Assembly (NCBI RefSeq): GCF_001194135.2
Contig: NC_068987.1
Span: forward strand, 39,068,654 to 39,106,912
Length of the DNA: 38,259 bases
Direction: 5' to 3'
Source: Octopus bimaculoides
Taxonomy: Eukaryota
Shown here: piece by piece, positions 21,490 to 33,066 of the stretch
Position numbering within the stretch: position 1 is the first letter of the stretch
Layout of the letters: every line of letters starts with the position of its first letter
Program-made: the position numbers and the translations under genes
The notes under the pieces: generated by a model
The model's database searches: none
What the model saw: only the letters and a program-made list of their open reading frames with translations
Told to the model about the DNA's origin: nothing

Positions 21490-24400
21490 AGTCCGGCAGC
21501 ACTGGCATCGACTACGCTCGAATGGTGCTTTTTACATGTCACTGGCTCGGGTGCGAGTCAGTCGGTACTGGCATCGGCCACGACGATTATTTCACTTGGC
21601 TCAACAGCTCTTCTCAAGCGCAGCATATTATCCGACGTTTGGAGCGTACTCTTAAATGGGCTGCGTATGCGACATTGGCATAGGCCATGGCTTCTCAAGC
21701 ACAGCATATCTCCGAAGTTCACGGTCACTTGTCATTGCCTCTGTGAGGCCCAACGTACGAAGGTCGTGCTTCATCACCTCGTCCCAGTTCTTCCACAGGT
21801 TCCTGCCACTGTTAGGGTGTTGCACTTCTTCACACAGCTGTCCTCATCCATACGTAACACATGACCATACCAGCGCAGTTGTCTCTCTTGCACACAGCTG
21901 ACGCTTCTAAGTCCAACTTTTCTCTCAGGGTGGTTACACACTGTATACACATTAACATTACACATCCAGTGGAGTATACTAGCTTCATTTCTTTCAAGCC
22001 GACGCCTGTCCTCAGCAGTTACAGCCTATGTTTCACTGCTGTGTAGCATGGCTGTTGGCACACATGCATCATACAGCCTACCTTTCATTCTGAGTGAGAG
22101 GCCCTTTGTAACAGCAGAGGTAAGAACTCTCTGAACTTTGCCCAGGCTATTCTTATTCTAGAAGTTATACTCTCAGAGCATCCACCCCACTACTGACTTG
22201 GTCACCTAGGTAATGAAAGCTATCAACTTCTAGTTTTCTGCAGATTTTCAGTGTTTATTGCCCCTGTGCATCTGCCACCATCTTCCCAGTTAACCAGCCT
22301 TTGATATTACTGCACTTCTTATGTGTCCATAGCTTACATCGGGTACATCTTATGGAGTTTCTACCTATGCCTTTTCTACAGATTCGTCTGCCTTCCTACT
22401 TACTAAGACTTTGGTTTTTGCTAGATTGACTCTAAGGCCCTTCGATTCTAAATCTGAAACTTCTCCTCTAGTTCTGGTAGTGACTCAGCTATTAGAGCAA
22501 GATCATCAGCTAGGGACAGCTTGTCATGAATTCCTCTGTTATTGCCTGGATGAATAAGAGAGGGCTGAAGACTGATCCTTGGTGGACCCCTACTCTTACC
22601 CGGAATTCTTCACTATACTCGTTGCCAACCCTCACCTTACTGACAGCATCCCTGTACATGACTTGTAAAGCTCTCCCTAGTTTCTGAATTGACCACCAGA
22701 TAAGGGATCGGGGGACCCTATCAAAGGCTTTCTCCATGTCAACGAAACCGAGTACAGAGATTTATCTTTGGCTAGGAATGAATTTCTCCTGCACCTGTCT
22801 CACCAGAAATATAGCATCAGTGGTGCTTCTCCCTGACACAAACCCAAACTGCATCTCGTCTAAACTAACTCTCTGCCTAATTAATTGGGCTATGACCCTC
22901 TTCGTGACTTTCATCACCCGATCCAACAATTTGATACCGCTGTAATTATTCTTATCTAATGCAACACCTTTACATGTATAGCAGTTGATTATGGTGCTGT
23001 TACACCAGTCATTGGGTATGACTTCTCCATGTATCACCTGGTTAACTATACGGGTCACTAGACAATAACCTACACCGCCAAATATATGAAGCATCTCTGC
23101 AGTGATTCTTGATGAGCCGGGTGACTAATTAAAGGTGTAGTAGAACGACCGTGCATACCAAAGGAGATGGCGACGAACGGAAAACAGGCTCCTTTTAACG
23201 AGTCACACGGTCGCTACAAAAACATGTAATATGACACAAGAGAGCTCGCATGTGAGATGTGAGCAAGTGCCAGCAAATGAATGAGAGAGATACAACCGTT
23301 TGATATATAGAGAGTAAGTTTATTAGCATAGTGAACTGTGAGTCTGTGTGTGCGTGCATGCGGCAATATAAGTAATACAATACATAAGACAGGCCTTTGT
23401 GTACAAGAGTGTGTATACAATATGTGTGTGTGTGAATGAGAAATCCAGAGCATGGAATAAGTGTCTGTAACAGACTATAAGAGTCCTGAACACAGAGTTG
23501 GAGAAATACCAGTTCTTAGAAGAGTTACACAGTAGGTAGAATGTCTGTACACAAGAGGTCGTGGTCGAATAGCAGAGCTGAGGTGTCACATGTTGTGTGT
23601 GAAGTTGAGCGTCGATGCTGCGACCGGTTACTTGGTACAGAAGATCCTCGCTGGTTGGTTCTGGCTGTTATTTTCGAGGTGGAAACAATGCGCACAAACA
23701 GTGTTGAGAAGGAACCGCGGTTGCTGTTGGTAGCGTTTACTCTGGTGGTGGTGTTGGCGCTGGCGACATTGTAGTAGACAGTAGAACGGTGGTGTTGACG
23801 TCGTTGCTGGAAACTGGCTGGAGCTGTGTTCTGTGAGATGGTCAACGACCAGACCTGTAAGAGGTCTGAAATCGAAGACAAACTGGCGTAGATGAAGCAA
23901 GACTATTTATAGATAAAAAGAGGCTCAAGAAACAGCAGAAAAAACTCTCTCACGTGACCTTAACAGAAGGCCACGATTGGTCAGTATGCACCCTGGCGCG
24001 AGACAGAACTGGAGACAAATGCCGCGCAAATAAGAACCAATCAGGGTGATGGACACAGCGGTCCAAGCGGGCCGAAAGCTAGATGTTAGCCGCTACGTTA
24101 TTATTTGTAAATAAATACCCGAGAGAGAGGTTTCACTACAAGGGTATGAAGACAGGGAAAGCCCTGTCTTCATACCCTTAATTACTTTATCTACCAAAGT
24201 ACTGTCTATTCAGATAGCTGGTCCCTCTGTTGGGTTGACATTTGGCAGACTCTCTTTCTCCCATTCATTCTCTTCATTTAGCAACCTTTCATGGTGTCGT
24301 CTCCAAGTCTCTCTCTTTGCAGAATCATAAAATGTAAGTGCGCCATCATCCATGCGGACACATTTCTCTCCTATGACATCACGATTCTCTCCCACACACT

Positions 24401-25120
24401 GTCATGCAATACGAAACACTTCAAGTTTTAGGTCCTCAGAACACTAACAAATTCTTTCTTATTTGCTTCCCCTCTGGCTAAGTAGACCTGTCTCCTAGCT
24501 TCCCTTCGGGCGATGTGATACAGCTCCCTGCTACCACCGTTCTTCCATGCCTGTTTCTTTTCCCTAATGGTCCTGTCAACTACATTGTTCCACCACAACG
24601 TTACCTTAGCTCAAAAGGGGACTTTGCACCATCCACAGATCTGGTCTGTCGCCCTCAACAGGTTGTCCCGTAGGAAACTCCAGTTGTCTTCCACATTTTG
24701 TGATGCTATATCCTCCTCTTTTTCAAGTAATACATCTCTAAATCTCTGTCCATTCACAGGATCCTTAAGCTTTCAGACCTTTCTTTTCCATGTTGGTCGT
24801 CTTCTGAGCAGTAATTTAGTCCTGATCCTGAAGTTGCTAAATGCTAGTCTATATTGTGGGGTGCGTTCTTCTCCTGGGAAGGTTTTGGCATTTATAAGTA
24901 GCCAACTTTCACGTTTCCTGGCCAGAATGTCACAATAGTCAACCTGACTAGTGTGTCCACCAGACTGGTAGGTGAACAGGTGACTGACAGGTTACAGACC
25001 ATAAGGTCATTTGCATCACAGAACTCCAGCAGCCTAGTTCCCTCCTCATTGCGGGAACCAAATCCATAGCCACCATGCACACCATGGAAGACCCCTGGAT
25101 GTTGTCCAACATGCCCATTA
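21490..25120 (-). mobile_element. Long RTE-family LINE copy (EN C-terminus, RT, 3' UTR), split by solo LTR 23136-24140
   Basis: FNGHVGQHPG..HGGYGFGSRNEEGTRLLEFCDANDLMVCN (25120), VIGEKCVRMDDG, IKGMKTG, then ITAEML, NNYSGIKLL, EMQFGFVSGRSTTDAIF, MEKAFDRVP, RLRWYGHV and the family tail. Confidence 0.92.
23136..24140 (-). mobile_element. Solo LTR (1005 bp) of a Gypsy-like family
   Basis: TGTAGT...ACTACA termini; 4-bp TSD AAGG/AGGG (1 mismatch); minus-strand TATAAATA (23904-23911), AATAAA (23319-23324) and CCAAT boxes. The U3 part is homologous to 34980-35284, which abuts Gypsy integrase sequence. Confidence 0.88.
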
Positions 25121-25281
25121 AAGAATGGACAAAAATTCCTTTGGAAATAATTCAAACTTTGTACGAGTGCATACCTCGTAGAATTCAAGCCGTAATTACT
25201 GCCAAAGGTGGTCCTACCCCATATTAAAATAAATTTGTTTGAAATCTTAAGGCATTTTCATTATTTTGTCCAACCCCTTTA
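25117..25281 (+). mobile_element. Tc1-like transposon 3' end (transposase C-terminus + terminal repeat)
   Basis: IKEWTKIPLEIIQTLYECIPRRIQAVITAKGGPTPY* (25117-25227), then AATAAA and ...TTATTTTGTCCAACCCCTT-TA. Confidence 0.85.
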
Positions 25282-25352
25282 CGTGCCTGTACACACACAC
25301 ACACATGTTCCTTCACCCTTTGAGGGGTCTTACTTTTCGTCCCATAGGGACC

Positions 25353-26520
25353 CAGTTTTACTGCAAAGCAAAGACTTTCAAAACACATGCTAAAGAATTA
25401 CTTTATGCTGATGACACTGATTTGTTGGTACACACAGAGGGGGATATGCAATATATAATGGACAGATTTTCCACTGCATGTGTACATTTCGGACTCAAAA
25501 TTAGCGCCAGGACAAACATATTCTGAACCAAACTTTTGTGAATGGAACAATGTTAGAAGTCATTGACAACTTTGTTTACCTTGGATGCACACTGTCAAGA
25601 GATTGTGATCTTGATGTAGAGATATACTATTTGGGCAGATAGAGGTATTTCCCTGCAGACAAAAAACAGTGTCTATAAAACGTGTATATTGACTGCACTT
25701 CTTTATTTGAGTGAGACGTCCACCACTTACAGGTGTCATATGAAAATGCTGGAGATATTTCATCAAAAGTGCCTGAGTCAAGTGGGAATGTTTCATACCA
25801 AATACAGAAGTTTTGTGCATGGCACATTGCAGCTCAATTGAACAACATGTTATCTTGGCTCAAATGAGATGGTCTGGACATGTCATTAGAATGAAAGATG
25901 AGCGATTGCCAAGGCGTCTTTTTTTATGGTGAGCTCAACTCTGGTAAACGACTACAACATAAGCCGAGGAAAAAGTATAAAGACTGTGTGAAGGAAAACC
26001 TGAAGAAACTAGATATGAACAAAAGTGATTGGGAAATTCTAGATCGGAACAAGTGGAGAGGTGCTGTTAGGACTGGTTGTAATGCCTGGGAAGAAAAGAT
26101 GATTCAGCACTCTGTGTTTAAAAGGGCCTGTTGGAAAGGAACAATTGGAACTGAAATCACCAGTGAACATTGGATATGTATTGTATGTGATCGTGTTCTG
26201 TTGTCAAAAGCAGGATACGTGAATCATATGAGGTCACAAGAAAATCGAAATGCCCGGGTAGGTAATAATCTTGAACACCAACTGTCTCTTACGACTTGCG
26301 TCATATGTCACAAAATTTGTATGACAATATCTGGACTTAAAAGACATATGCTAGTTCGCAAAAACATTCTTTCAGATAAAAAAGAAACTTGAATAGTATG
26401 TTATTTGTGTCAGTTAGCAGCTGATCTTAAAAGAGATCTGAGAGCTCATCAATGGAGTGACTGTGCTGTGTCATTGGTTGTAGTGAGTGTGTTGATGGAA
26501 CGGCTATCATCTGTCAAGAT
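25353..26520 (+). mobile_element. 5'-truncated RTE-like LINE with C-terminal C2H2-like fingers
   Basis: ELLYADDTDLLVHTEGDMQYIMDRFSTAC..FGLKIS, DNFVYLG, RWSGHVIRMKDERLPRRLF/YGEL..G.R....PRKKYKDCVK, then CIVC, CVIC and CYLC motifs. Confidence 0.88.
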
Positions 26521-27141
26521 GAAGCAATCATCATATATATATATATCTTGTGTGTGTGTACAGGCCTTTTTCTTGATCCCAATATTTTTCAGTTGATTTC
26601 GTTCACACTGAGCACATACATCATTTATGTTTCAGAGAAGGTTATAGACTCTTCAAATTTTCCACATAATGAGTAATGTCGCCCATAGGGGACGAAAATA
26701 CTGTCTCATAGGTAAATAACAAATACCAACCATCATTGCTTCAAGGGACATTACTCTTGATGACGTAGTCATGCTACTTTCACTTCATCTTCTACTACAG
26801 TTTTTACAATGTCCATTCACTGCGAACCACTGATATGTGTACATTAGCACTTCCTTGAGGTAGCCATGTAATTTAAATCAACTTTTAATTATTTTTTAAA
26901 TGCCTTCAAGAATTAATCCATATTATATATATTCTCTGCTTTTATTCATACAAAGTTGTGACAGTTATACAGTTTTTACAATACCCATTCACTGCAAACT
27001 GCTGATATTTGCACGTTAGCACGGGGCTGTTCTTGCACCTACAAACGTAGCTGTCACCACTCTTATCTACGACTTACTCAGTAAGCTACCTTCTCAAGAA
27101 TGTTGTTAAAGATCAGTTGACACCATTACCGACCTTGATCA

Positions 27142-27558
27142 GAATTTCTCACCTCCCAACATCCTCTGGGATTCCCTCCCCATGAACTTCACTTAAAAGT
27201 CGGTTGCCCTGTCATCCTCTTAAGCAATCTAAACACACCCACACTATCCATTGGAACTTGTCTTGTAGTCAAATAAATGATGGACCACTTCATTGAAGCC
27301 CGAATTATCATGGAACACGGCAAAAACGATACTGTTTTTATCCCCAAAATTCCACTAACCCTAACAGACTACCCCTAGTGTATGCAGAGACTTCAGTTCT
27401 CTCCTAAACTCAGCTTCACCATGACAATTAACAAAGCACAAGGTCAATCACTGAATGTTGTTGGATTGGACCTTCAAATGTCATGATTTTCACATGAACA
27501 GTTCTACGTCAGTTGTTCCAGAGTTGGCCATTCAGACAATTTATTCATATATGCTCCT
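27142..27558 (+). pseudogene. Helitron PIF1-like helicase C-terminal fragment
   Basis: One frame with three stops: GFPPHELHLKVGCPVILLSNL..GT.L.VK...VFIPKIPL...RLQF..KLSFTMTINKAQGQSL.VVGLDL...FSHEQFYV.CSRV. Confidence 0.92.
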
Positions 27559-28074
27559 CTACTGCAATCTTCATATCTACCCAAGCACTCAGACTTCCTG
27601 CAAGCAATTCATTGATATTTTGCTTCATTTCCGTGATTGCTGTTAACAGTACATTATCATCAATGACCCTTCTTACTTCACACACACTGTTTGCTCATAA
27701 GCGTGCTCTGACATTTATTTTTGTACATGCCATTATTCTATTTGTGTATTTGCTATAAATGTTTGCTTTTGTTTATCATACATGACTTTCCTTGAAAAAA
27801 ATGCAGTTTGTCAGGCATTACAAGTAAGATAACTACATACTATAAAACACTTCAGGTAAGATATAGGATCCCTAATACCTACTGCCATTATGATCTCATT
27901 TCATAGACTTCTATTTATTACTAACTGCCAAACTTGTGTTCAAAAAACTTTATTCATTACCTAGGTTGCTTAATACCAAATAAACTGCCAATGAAATTGG
28001 TAATTATACATTTTACGTTTATCAACTTGAAACGACTTCTAGCTGCGGGCTAACTTAAACCGTCCAAAGGAGTG

Positions 28075-28174
28075 NNNNNNNNNNNNNNNNNNNNNNNNNN
28101 NNNNNNNNNNNNNNNNNNNNNNNNNNNNNNNNNNNNNNNNNNNNNNNNNNNNNNNNNNNNNNNNNNNNNNNNNN
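28075..28174. other. Assembly gap (100 N)
   Basis: Run of N. Confidence 1.
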
Positions 28175-28495
28175 TTGTATTAAAAATATATGTAAATATA
28201 TGAAATATGACAGTTTAAAAGTTTCTTAATTAATGCATGTATGTATGTATGAATATAAATAATGAGAGAAATATAGTAAGATAAAATTTATTTAACCAAT
28301 GGAAATTGTTCCGTAACTTAATAAAACATGCATAGATAATTTATTTTATTATAAGTAAACTACTTACATGTCTATACTAATATAAGCAATCTTTAAATTA
28401 ATTAGATTAGCTAGCTCATTGGGTGAGAAGTAATCCATGATAAAAAATAATCCCTCAACATACTGCTTCCTGTTGATTTTGCGTTCTTGAATCAC

Positions 28496-28621
28496 TTATG
28501 TCTTGTTGCCTGTTTTTTTCTCAGAAGATGCAAATGTTTTCCATGGCAATGCATGCCAAAACAGTCCACTTTCATCAGCTTTGTACAATTGACCAATTTT
28601 GTCTTTTTCTTCACTGATGTA
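28496..28621 (-). pseudogene. Tigger/Jerky-like (pogo) transposase fragment
   Basis: YISEEKDKIGQLYKADESGLFWHALPWKTFASSEKK matches the IYNADETGLFW..LP.KT.A motif. Confidence 0.75.
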
Positions 28622-28697
28622 GAATATGTATGTATTCATGATGATTAACAATGCATGTAACACCAAAGGAAGGAGATCTTCATATCATTGAAATAGA

Positions 28698-30600
28698 CAG
28701 AGGGAATTCAGAGAGCTGTTACCTCTGTTGGCAATGAACAGATTATATGATGCATGTATACAGACAGCAATTCTACATGGTAGTGAAATGTGGGCTCTGA
28801 ATGCAGAGGACATGCACAGGTCAGAAAGGAATGAAGCAATTATGAGATGCAGTTTGGTTTTGTGCCAGGGAGAAGTACCACTGATGTTATATTTTTGGTA
28901 AGGCAAGAGAAGTACCTAGCCAAAGATAAACCTCTGTACTTGGCGTTTGTTGACTTGGAGAACGCCTTTGACAGGATCTCCTGCTCCTTTATTTGATGGT
29001 CAATGTGGAAACTAGGGATAGTCAAGTGGTTGGTGAGAGCTATACAAGCCATGTACAGGGATGCAGTCAGTAAGGCGAGGGTTGGCAATGAGTATAGTGA
29101 AGAATTCAGGGTACAAGTAGGGATTCACCAAGGATCAGTCCTCGGCAATAACAGAGGAATTTAAGACAGACTGCCCCCGGGACTCCTTCATGTTGATGAT
29201 CTTGTTCTTATAGTTGAGAAGAAATTTCAGGTGTGGAAGCAAGGATTAGAATTAAAGGGCCGTAGAGTTAACAAAGCAAAAACCAAAATCTTGGTAAGTA
29301 GGAAAGCAAACAAATACCTTCAGGCAGATGGCTCTGCTCGATCTGTAGGAAAGGCATAAGAAGAAATTGCATAAGATATACCTGGTGCAAGCTATGGACA
29401 CATAAGAGGTGCAGCAATATCAGAAGAAGGTTTACTGGGAAAATAGTTTTTGTGTGTGGAAAGTGTACAGGTACAATAAACACTAAAAATGTACAGAAAA
29501 TAGACTCCATCAAATGCCAAGTAGATAAGCTAGAGGTAGTTGATAGTTTCTGTTATCTAAGTGAGCAAGTCAGTAGCAGAGGTGGATGTTCCAAGAGAAT
29601 GAAAATAGGCTGGTCAAAATTCAGAGAGCTCCTAACTCTGTTGGTAACAAAGGGCTTCTCCTGCAGAGTAAAAGGATGCCAGTATGCAAACAGCTATGCC
29701 ACACAACAGTGAAACATGGGCTGTGACTGTCAAGAACATGTGTAGGCTTGAAAGAAATGAAGCTAGCATGCTTTGCTGGATGTGCAATGTCAGTGTGCAT
29801 GTACGACAGTGTAAATGTATTGAGAGAAAAGTTGGACATAAGAGGCAGAAAATGTGGTGTGCAAGAGAAACTACTACACTGATATGGTCATGTGGTGCAT
29901 ATGGATGAGGACAGCTGTGTAAAGAAGTGCCTCTCTATAACAGTGGAGGGAACTTGTCGAAGGGGTAGACCCAGGAAGACATGGAACAAGGTGGTGAAGT
30001 ATGATCTTCAAACATTGGGCCTCAGGAAGGCAATGACTAGCAACTGACACCTTTGGCGATATACTATACTTGAGAAGACCCATCAAGCCAAGTGAAATCA
30101 TAGTCATGATCAATGACAGAGTCACATAACTGGCGCCCATGCCGGTGGCATGTATAAAGCACCTTTCCAGTGTTGTGCTTCATGGAGACAATGTGGCTGA
30201 TACTGGTGTCATGTAACTAGCACCTGTGCTGGTGTCACCTAACTAGCACTTGTGCCAGTGGAACATAAAAAGAACCATTCAAGCTTTGACCCTCATTGAG
30301 GCAATGACAAATGGCTGAGTCTTTCGGCTATATGCTATGCTTGAGTAGAAGACTCATCAAGCCAAGTGAAATTGTAGTCCTGGCAGGTACTGGTGTCACA
30401 CAACTGGCACTATGCTGGTAGCATGTAAAAGCGTCCATTACACTGCCAGAGTGCTTGGTGTTAGGAAGGGCATCCAGCTGCAGAAACGATGCCAAATCAA
30501 ACAGCCCCTCAGCTTACCAGCTCTGATCAAACCATCCAGCCCATGTCTGCATGGACAATAGATGTGATGATGATGATGATAATGATGATAATAATGATAA
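28698..30600 (+). mobile_element. Older RTE-family LINE copy with diverged tail, preceded by a displaced 3' fragment (28698-28842)
   Basis: EMQFGFVPGRSTTD, FVDLENAFDR, GIHQGS, GLELKGRRVN, CSICRKG...WTHKRC...CGKC, HNSETWA, GRPRKTW, then GTTAGGAAGGGCATCCAGCTG and a (GAT)n tail. Confidence 0.9.
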
Positions 30601-30669
30601 AGACATGGAACATTCACAGCACTTGGAGCTTCGCAGCAATCCATGGGCATGAAGTTATTTGATTACATT

Positions 30670-30787
30670 ACCAATCAGTAATCAATGCCTGTCCACCATT
30701 CATTAGGTGTTGTGTGAAGAAATCTTCTTCCTGAACAGGGTTCATGGCAACAGCTGATGAGTGCACAGGCATTGATTACAGATTGGT
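30670..30787. repeat. Small inverted-repeat element (MITE-like hairpin)
   Basis: ACCAATCAGTAATCAATGCCTGT ... ACAGGCATTGATTACAGATTGGT: 23-bp arms with 1 mismatch. Confidence 0.8.
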
Positions 30788-31122
30788 GATCTTCACACCT
30801 TGTGGGTTGCTAGGAAATTCTGAATTGTGTATGTGCGTCTTCTGTATTTGTATAATATATGTAGATATACACAGATGTCACAATTTACCATTTTATCTGT
30901 GCAGACACTACTCATTAGTATGATACCAAAATAGGTTAAATCATTAAAAATACACAAGAAATGTCTTACTAAATGCTAGATTAATTATGTAATTATAAAG
31001 GACATTATACTTTGTTATTGGAAATAAATCTTTGCAAACTGATAATGTCTATTTACTTTTGATATGTATATATGTGTAAGTCTGCGTGTATATCTGCATA
31101 TGTATTTATGTGTGTGCATGTG

Positions 31123-31354
31123 TTATTTCTTTACTACCCACAAGGGGTTACACACAGAGGGGACAAACAAGGACAGACAAAGGGATTAAGTCGATTATAT
31201 CGACCCGAGTGCATAACTGGTACTTATTTAATCGACCCCGAAAGGATGAAAGGCAAAGTCGACCTCGGCGGAATTTGAACTCAGAACGTAGCGGCAGACG
31301 AAATACCGCTAAGCATTTCGCCCGGCGTGCTAACGTTTCTGCCAGCTCGCCGCC
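31123..31354 (-). mobile_element. Young full-length tRNA-derived SINE
   Basis: Minus strand GGCGGCGAGCTGGCAGAAACGTTAGC (A box), GAGTTCAAATTCC (B box), central GCCTTTCATCCTTTCGGGGTCGATTAAATAAGTACCAG and 3' GTAAAGAAATAA. Resembles octopus tRNA-SINEs from memory. Confidence 0.9.
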
Positions 31355-31583
31355 TGTGTGTGTGTGTATGTACATGTATGTGTGTGTGCATGCACACGCA
31401 TGTGTATGCATGGATATGTTCCTCCTGTTTTTGTTTTGAACCTGAAAGAAATAATTCAAATATATTGGTAGATAGAACATTGAACTCGTTTACAATATTG
31501 GGGATTTGAAGTAATTCTCTGTAAATCAAGAGTCCAATACCTTACTTGTTTAACTTACACACAGACATGCACACACATACACA

Positions 31584-31617
<34 letters not shown>

Positions 31618-32299
31618 GATACACACACACACACATTTACCAAGAAAAAGTTAAAGAAGAAAAATGGAAGAAAGATTGAATGAAAGCAGAAGAGATCCAT
31701 ACAAACCTACCCACATACACATCTATGTACATCATTTACATGGTAACACTTTTTAATACTATGTATAGTCCCTAACAATAACCTCATTCATTACATTTAT
31801 AAATTGATTTATCCATTATCAGGGATTTCTTTCAAAGGTCACCTCTTTACAGACAATATTACTTAAGATAATACTCTTTACTAAAGAAACCTTTCTCCTT
31901 CACTTTCTCTTTCCATCTATTATTTTTAACCATTTATCTGTGCAGACACTACTCATTAGTATGATGCCAAAATAGGTTAAATCATTAAAAATACACAACA
32001 TCTTTTAAGACACCATGCAGCCACACACACACACACACACATACACACACATTTATACATATCAACTAAAGATGACCATTAACTAATTAGCTATGCTTGC
32101 TCAATGTGAAATCAATAACTGTGAAGTGCTTCTTAACTACAACAGCAAGTATGTGGATGATGATAAGCATTATATTATTACTAATGGTAGCTTATTTCAG
32201 AAGTATTATTTTTAATGGTTGCTTTCAGTACATAACCAAGCCTCGCTCTGTGTGTATTGGGTTGAGAAGTGTTTTACTTGGTTTTTGTGATATCTTTTG

Positions 32300-32570
32300 C
32301 ATTGAGAGTACTCAATATCATTTTGTTTGCAGTGTCTAACAAGTGTTTATGGAAGTGTAGGTTCTGGGATGTTGGTTATGTAATTGCATAAAAGCACTTT
32401 TCATTACAGGGTTTGTTTCTGTTTGCAAGTTCCACAACTTTGTTATTTCTATGTTTAGATCTTTATATTTGGATATCTTCTTAATCTCTATTAGAAACAC
32501 ATTATTGTTTATTGGGATTAGCAGACACTTGATTTCAGGATTATCCTTGTAACAACAGATGGTCAACCTT
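32300..32570 (-). mobile_element. 3' fragment of an RLE-type (R2/R4/NeSL-like) non-LTR retrotransposon
   Basis: KCLLI...NNNVFLIEIKKISKYKDLNIEITKLWNLQTET matches the C-terminal restriction-like endonuclease consensus (K.SKYKDL.IEI...W). Confidence 0.72.
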
Positions 32571-32730
32571 AATTTCTTAGATATGTATATATGTGTGAGT
32601 CTGGGGTTTATTTATACCATCTTTGGTGCTATTTCAAAATGGGGCCATGTATAAAAGTCTCAGTGCTGCTGTGCACACACATGTATGTGTGTGCATATAG
32701 ACATATGTATATATGTATGTGTTTATGTAA

Positions 32731-32771
<41 letters not shown>

Positions 32772-33066
32772 CAAACATTAAATAATGGGTGAGTCAATAC
32801 ACTTAAGTATCATATTTATTTTTCCAAGAAAGAGATTTTGAACTTTTGGCTTAGTAATTTTCATCAGACAATAAAGTTTATGATTTTCCAAGTCTTTCAT
32901 ACATTACTGGTTCATTTTGCAGGTGGAATGTAGCAGTTGCAAAATAGGCATAGTGTATATTGGAGTATAAACATTTTTATAGATAGTCTGAGTAAGCAAA
33001 AATATGGAATTGAAGACATGTGCAGGATATGAAGGAGGAGGAGAAACAACAACAGAAGAAGAAGAA

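Noticed and set aside
23525-23900. Overlapping ORFs within the solo LTR
   Set aside because: Low-complexity sequence on both strands with no domain motif; explained by GC-richer LTR sequence.
28030-28074. Helitron 3' terminus (hairpin + CTRR)
   Set aside because: No convincing hairpin before CTAG, and the sequence is cut by the gap.
30750-30780. CTGATGAGTGC...GCAT as a hammerhead
   Set aside because: It lacks GAAA and is explained by the larger inverted repeat.
32830-32872. Minus-strand CTGATGA...CAAAATC as a hammerhead
   Set aside because: Weak stem II, no GAAA and no stem III or cleavage triplet.
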